DNA of 40,885 nucleotides from a virus: UHGV virus genome UHGV-0869933; one strand, 5' to 3'. Shown piece by piece: positions 37,415 to 40,885 of this stretch (position 1 is its first letter; each line of letters starts with the position of its first letter). The notes under the pieces were generated by a model. It saw only the letters and a program-made list of their open reading frames with translations, ran no database searches and was not told where the DNA came from. The position numbers and the translations under genes were made by a program.

Positions 37415-40400
37415 TCAGCATTCCTCCGTCACGTCGCATGGACAGCATCACCGCCTGCACCCGCTGGTCAATCAGCTGCACAAGACTGCCTGCCGCCTCC
37501 GGCCCTATCTGTCCGTTAGCCCCGTCATTCTGAATGGCGATGTGGTAGACCGGGGAATACACCAGACCGGCACTGCCGTTCATACTGCCCACCGCGCGTA
37601 CGCCCAGCGAGCCATCCGCCGCCCGGGTCAGGGGCATAATGGCTTCAGGTCCGGCTTCCCCCATCAGCCCGGCCCCTTTTGCAAACGCAAAGTACGTGGG
37701 CGTGTCCACAATGCTGTTGCTGTACGCACTCAGGTTTGCCGAGGTATACACGCCGCCTTTTGCATTGGCCACCGCACCGCCCAGCCAGTCACCAATGCTG
37801 CCAATAAATCCTCCCGCACCGGACATACCGTTTGCCGCCGTCTTAATTCCGTTGACAATCGCGGCATTCATAAGAACTTTTGAGATTTCCTGCAGTACGG
37901 ATGAGGCCCAGTTGCGCCATTCCACTTTGTTTCCGTTCAGCATCTCCGTGATGTTATTCACCAGTCCTGAAATCCCCTCCGTTGCCAGCTGTGCTGCCTG
38001 AGAGGCGTAATCGGATGCATTGTCCACCCAGTTACTGAGCCCCTCCTGCAAGCCTTTCTGCCAGTCCGCACGCTGCGCATCCGATTCGGCATAAAAGGCT
38101 GCCTGGTCCTTAAGGCGTTCGCTCAGATACTGCGCGTTCTGTGCCCGTGCCTGTCTGTAAAAATCCTCACTGATATCCCCGGTCTGATACTGAGACTGAA
38201 GGTCCGCATCCTTCTGGCGGAAGCTGTCGCGGATCTGCTGCAACTCCCGCATGCGTTCCCTGGCTCGTTCTCCCTGCCCGTACCCCAGCAGTTCGGCTTC
38301 ATTTGATGCACGCGCAGCCACATTATCATTCTTCAGGGTCTCTTCCCGGGATCGCAACTGTTCCCGGATTTTTTGCTGGTCAATCAGGGCCGCGTTACGC
38401 AGCAGTTCCTGCTTCTGCATCTCCGTCAGGGTTTTCAGTTCTCCCTGCGCAGTCTGGTACTTCAGCTTCGCCAGTTCTGTATTCTGACCCGCCAGTGCCA
38501 GTTGCTCTTTCTGCTGTTTCAGTAGCCGGGAAAAACTGTCTTCCGCTTTTTCCGTCTCTGATTTTCCACCCCGGGATTTAGGTTTGTTCGCCTCGTTATT
38601 ACGCCAGGCTTCCAGAGCATTACTGATATAACGCTGTCTCGCCTCCTGATACGAATCCCCCACAAAACCGAGGTCATCGGCCGCATACCCCAGCCGGGCA
38701 CGCTCTTTTTCTTCCCCTTTCAGTCTGGACAGGGCCAGCTCACGCTCTGTTTTTGTCAGGGCGCTCTGCTGTTTATTATCCAGAGTGGTCTGTGGCAGCC
38801 GTAACGGCACATTCACCAGTCCCTGCCGCTGCTGAAGCAGTTCATTCCCCAGCCCCAGCAGACGGTTGAATTCCGTATGCTGACCGTTCATAACCAGCAT
38901 GGACTGGTACACCTTATTCTGCTCTGCCGCCTGCTGACGAATTAACGCCACACGACGGTCTTCCAGCCCGGCAAGCACATCCTGAATGGACTGCGCTTTT
39001 TCCTGCATCTGTGCCAGACGGGACTGCTCAACGGCAAGCTGCTCTGTTGCCTGAGAAAGCCCTTCCGTTACGGTCTTCACCGATGTCAGATGGTTTATCA
39101 TGAATCCGTCACCGGTTGTCCAGCCAGGGTTAGCCAGAACATACTGATATCCAGCGATTTTTTCCTGCAGGGATTTCACCCGGCTGGCCTGTTCATCAAT
39201 CAGCCGGTTCTGCTCTGTCAGCGCCGCCCGTGTTCGTCCTTCATTATCTGAGGCTTCAGGCAAAGACATTGACGGCGTTTTATGCGCGATTTCATCTATC
39301 GTCAGTGCATACTGGCGCGCTGACTCCCTGGCCTGCTCCTGATTCTGGTACAGCGTATACCATGCTGCTGCCCCCAGCATCACCAGTCCGGGTACGCCAC
39401 CAACCAGTCCCAACGCACCAGTCATCAGACGTGAACCCACCGCCGTTGTACTGTTCAGCGCATTCTGGGCTGCGGTTCTGGCAGCAATATTTCTGTTCAG
39501 GCGTTCCTGTGTGGCCGCCAGACGGGCTTCTGCAGCAATCTGCATCTCCGTCCCGCGGGCTGCCGCCACAGCCTGCTGTGCACGGTACACGGCTGCCCTT
39601 GCCCGCGCCGTGGCAATCTGCGTCCCCCTGAGCTGTGCTTCCGCCAGTGCCACTTCATTACGTGCTGCCGTCACAAGTCCTGCCGTGGCAGACACCGCTC
39701 CGGAGGCCATATTGCCAAAGTACCGGGCAACCCCGACGGCAACCAGCGCCCCCGCTGCTGTTGCCACTGCATCAATATGTCCGGCCACACCATTCAGCAC
39801 GCCGGAGAGCGTTTTCGTCGAGCCGCTGGCTTCATTCACACCGCCCACCCAGGCCATAAAGGCGTTTTCCACCTTCGTGATACTACCGGAAACCGTTTCC
39901 GGCATGGCCGCATATTCATCACGTAATATCCCCAGCTGGCTGATTAACGCAGGGACCACTTTATCCGCTGTCAGTTTTCCGTCATCCGCCATTGCCTTCA
40001 GATCTTTACGGGCCACACCCATCCCCGCAGCAAGCGCGCGGATCACCCGGTCGCCATTTTCGTTAACAGCATTAAATTCTTCGCCACGCAGTACACCCTG
40101 TGCCAGTGCCTGGCTGAACTGGGTGATCACCGAACCGGATTCCGCAACTCCAGCCCCTGACAGTTTCAGTCCTGTCGAAATGGCCTCCGTCACCTTCAGC
40201 ACATCATCAGCACTGTAACCATATTCACGCATTGAGGCTGCCGAGCGGGCAAACAGGGCCGCATTATCTGAAAATGCCGTGCCCGTCCGCTGGCTGATAT
40301 CCATCAGCACTTTCTGTGATGACGAAAATTCATCGGATGACTGCGACGCCTGTTTCAGTCGGGCATTCACGGAACTCCATTCATCGGCCAGAGAAATCAG

Positions 40401-40649
40401 GTGCCCGGTGGCAAAGGCACCGGCAAATGCCCCCGCCGTTCCGGCAGCTGAAGCGCGGATTTCCGTCAACTGGCTGTTCAGCTCAGCCAGGGCGCGTCGC
40501 TGCTCCCGGGCGACTGCGGCAGCCTGACGCCCGCCATTCTGCAGGGTCCGATAATATTCACTGCCCATGCGGGAAGCCCGCTGGATCTCCGACTGGAATG
40601 ACTGCGAATTTGCCGAAATTTTGATAATCAGTTCACGTAACGTCGCCAT
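37407..40649 (-). CDS. H: Tail tape measure protein (gpH-like)
   Basis: 1080 aa, largely alpha-helical and Ala/Gln-rich, with Gly-rich C-terminal region (VIQNDGANGQIGPEAAG) as in lambda gpH. Confidence 0.9.
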   Translation of the reverse strand: MATLRELIIKISANSQSFQSEIQRASRMGSEYYRTLQNGGRQAAAVAREQRRALAELNSQLTEIRASAAGTAGAFAGAFATGHLISLADEWSSVNARLKQASQSSDEFSSSQKVLMDISQRTGTAFSDNAALFARSAASMREYGYSADDVLKVTEAISTGLKLSGAGVAESGSVITQFSQALAQGVLRGEEFNAVNENGDRVIRALAAGMGVARKDLKAMADDGKLTADKVVPALISQLGILRDEYAAMPETVSGSITKVENAFMAWVGGVNEASGSTKTLSGVLNGVAGHIDAVATAAGALVAVGVARYFGNMASGAVSATAGLVTAARNEVALAEAQLRGTQIATARARAAVYRAQQAVAAARGTEMQIAAEARLAATQERLNRNIAARTAAQNALNSTTAVGSRLMTGALGLVGGVPGLVMLGAAAWYTLYQNQEQARESARQYALTIDEIAHKTPSMSLPEASDNEGRTRAALTEQNRLIDEQASRVKSLQEKIAGYQYVLANPGWTTGDGFMINHLTSVKTVTEGLSQATEQLAVEQSRLAQMQEKAQSIQDVLAGLEDRRVALIRQQAAEQNKVYQSMLVMNGQHTEFNRLLGLGNELLQQRQGLVNVPLRLPQTTLDNKQQSALTKTERELALSRLKGEEKERARLGYAADDLGFVGDSYQEARQRYISNALEAWRNNEANKPKSRGGKSETEKAEDSFSRLLKQQKEQLALAGQNTELAKLKYQTAQGELKTLTEMQKQELLRNAALIDQQKIREQLRSREETLKNDNVAARASNEAELLGYGQGERARERMRELQQIRDSFRQKDADLQSQYQTGDISEDFYRQARAQNAQYLSERLKDQAAFYAESDAQRADWQKGLQEGLSNWVDNASDYASQAAQLATEGISGLVNNITEMLNGNKVEWRNWASSVLQEISKVLMNAAIVNGIKTAANGMSGAGGFIGSIGDWLGGAVANAKGGVYTSANLSAYSNSIVDTPTYFAFAKGAGLMGEAGPEAIMPLTRAADGSLGVRAVGSMNGSAGLVYSPVYHIAIQNDGANGQIGPEAAGSLVQLIDQRVQAVMLSMRRDGGMLSG

Positions 40650-40696
40650 TCACCTTTCTCCGGGCGTAAAAACCGACCTCAGCGGTTCTCATCATT

Positions 40697-40885
40697 CATG
40701 ACTGTGCTGCAAAGTTCAGCGCGTCTTCCAGCGCCGCAAACGGATCCACCTCCGGCTTATCCTCATCCTCGCCCAGCAGAGCATGGCGTCCTTCAGTGCA
40801 ACATTCATCCCTGTGCCCGAAACCGCTTCACGATCTGTTCACTCCGGACGACCGTGAGCAGGTGCTGGCCGTCTATGGTCCGGTA
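40697..40885 (-). CDS. 3' end of the tail assembly chaperone region (G/GT-like), partial at window edge
   Basis: Two overlapping minus-strand frames just upstream of H, one ending in an acidic tail (EDEDKPEVDPFAALEDALNFAAQS); position matches lambda G/T; cut by the window end. Confidence 0.3.

Noticed and set aside
40697-40885. A programmed G/GT frameshift site at the window edge
   Set aside because: Two frames are open, but the acidic frame is +1 rather than -1 relative to the other, no slippery heptamer is visible, and the gene is truncated by the window; only a low-confidence partial feature is reported.

Overview
This window reads as most of a temperate lambdoid phage genome from an E. 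coli-type host, laid out in vegetative (phage-map) order rather than prophage order. All calls rest on reading the sequence and ORF track by eye and on remembered family features; no database search was run. Running right to left on the minus strand: tail genes (partial G/T chaperone, tape measure H, M, L, K-I, J, lom, side tail fibre), a small cargo region, attP with tandem arm-type repeats and what looks like a replacement 3' end of a host porin gene, then int/xis on the plus strand. Next come a Qin-like early-left module (ydfA-ydfB-ydfC-DicF-dicB-ydfD plus a large exonuclease), a divergent repressor/Cro-like switch with palindromic operators, an O-like replication gene with internal iterons, a dense nin region (hok toxin, an XRE-HTH plus ImmA-like peptidase module, DUF968, rusA), Q with a lambda-like pR'/tR', an orphan DNA methyltransferase, two tRNAs plus a tRNA remnant, a stx-equivalent cargo locus, nanS-p, a pinholin/SAR-endolysin/Rz-Rz1 lysis cassette, a TonB-C-like lipoprotein, and an HNH endonuclease cassette bounded by an 88-bp perfect inverted repeat. 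No CRISPR array, rRNA or stx genes are present. Two tail genes carry single-base indels (J split, K-I fused), so either the phage is defective or the assembly has homopolymer errors. The best candidates for something undescribed are the hairpin-flanked HTH/ImmA-like module, the inverted-repeat-bounded HNH cassette, the four tiny hydrophobic ORFs between endolysin and Rz, the AT-rich cargo genes at the stx-equivalent locus and next to attP, and the duplicated structured non-coding elements; none could be confirmed without searches.
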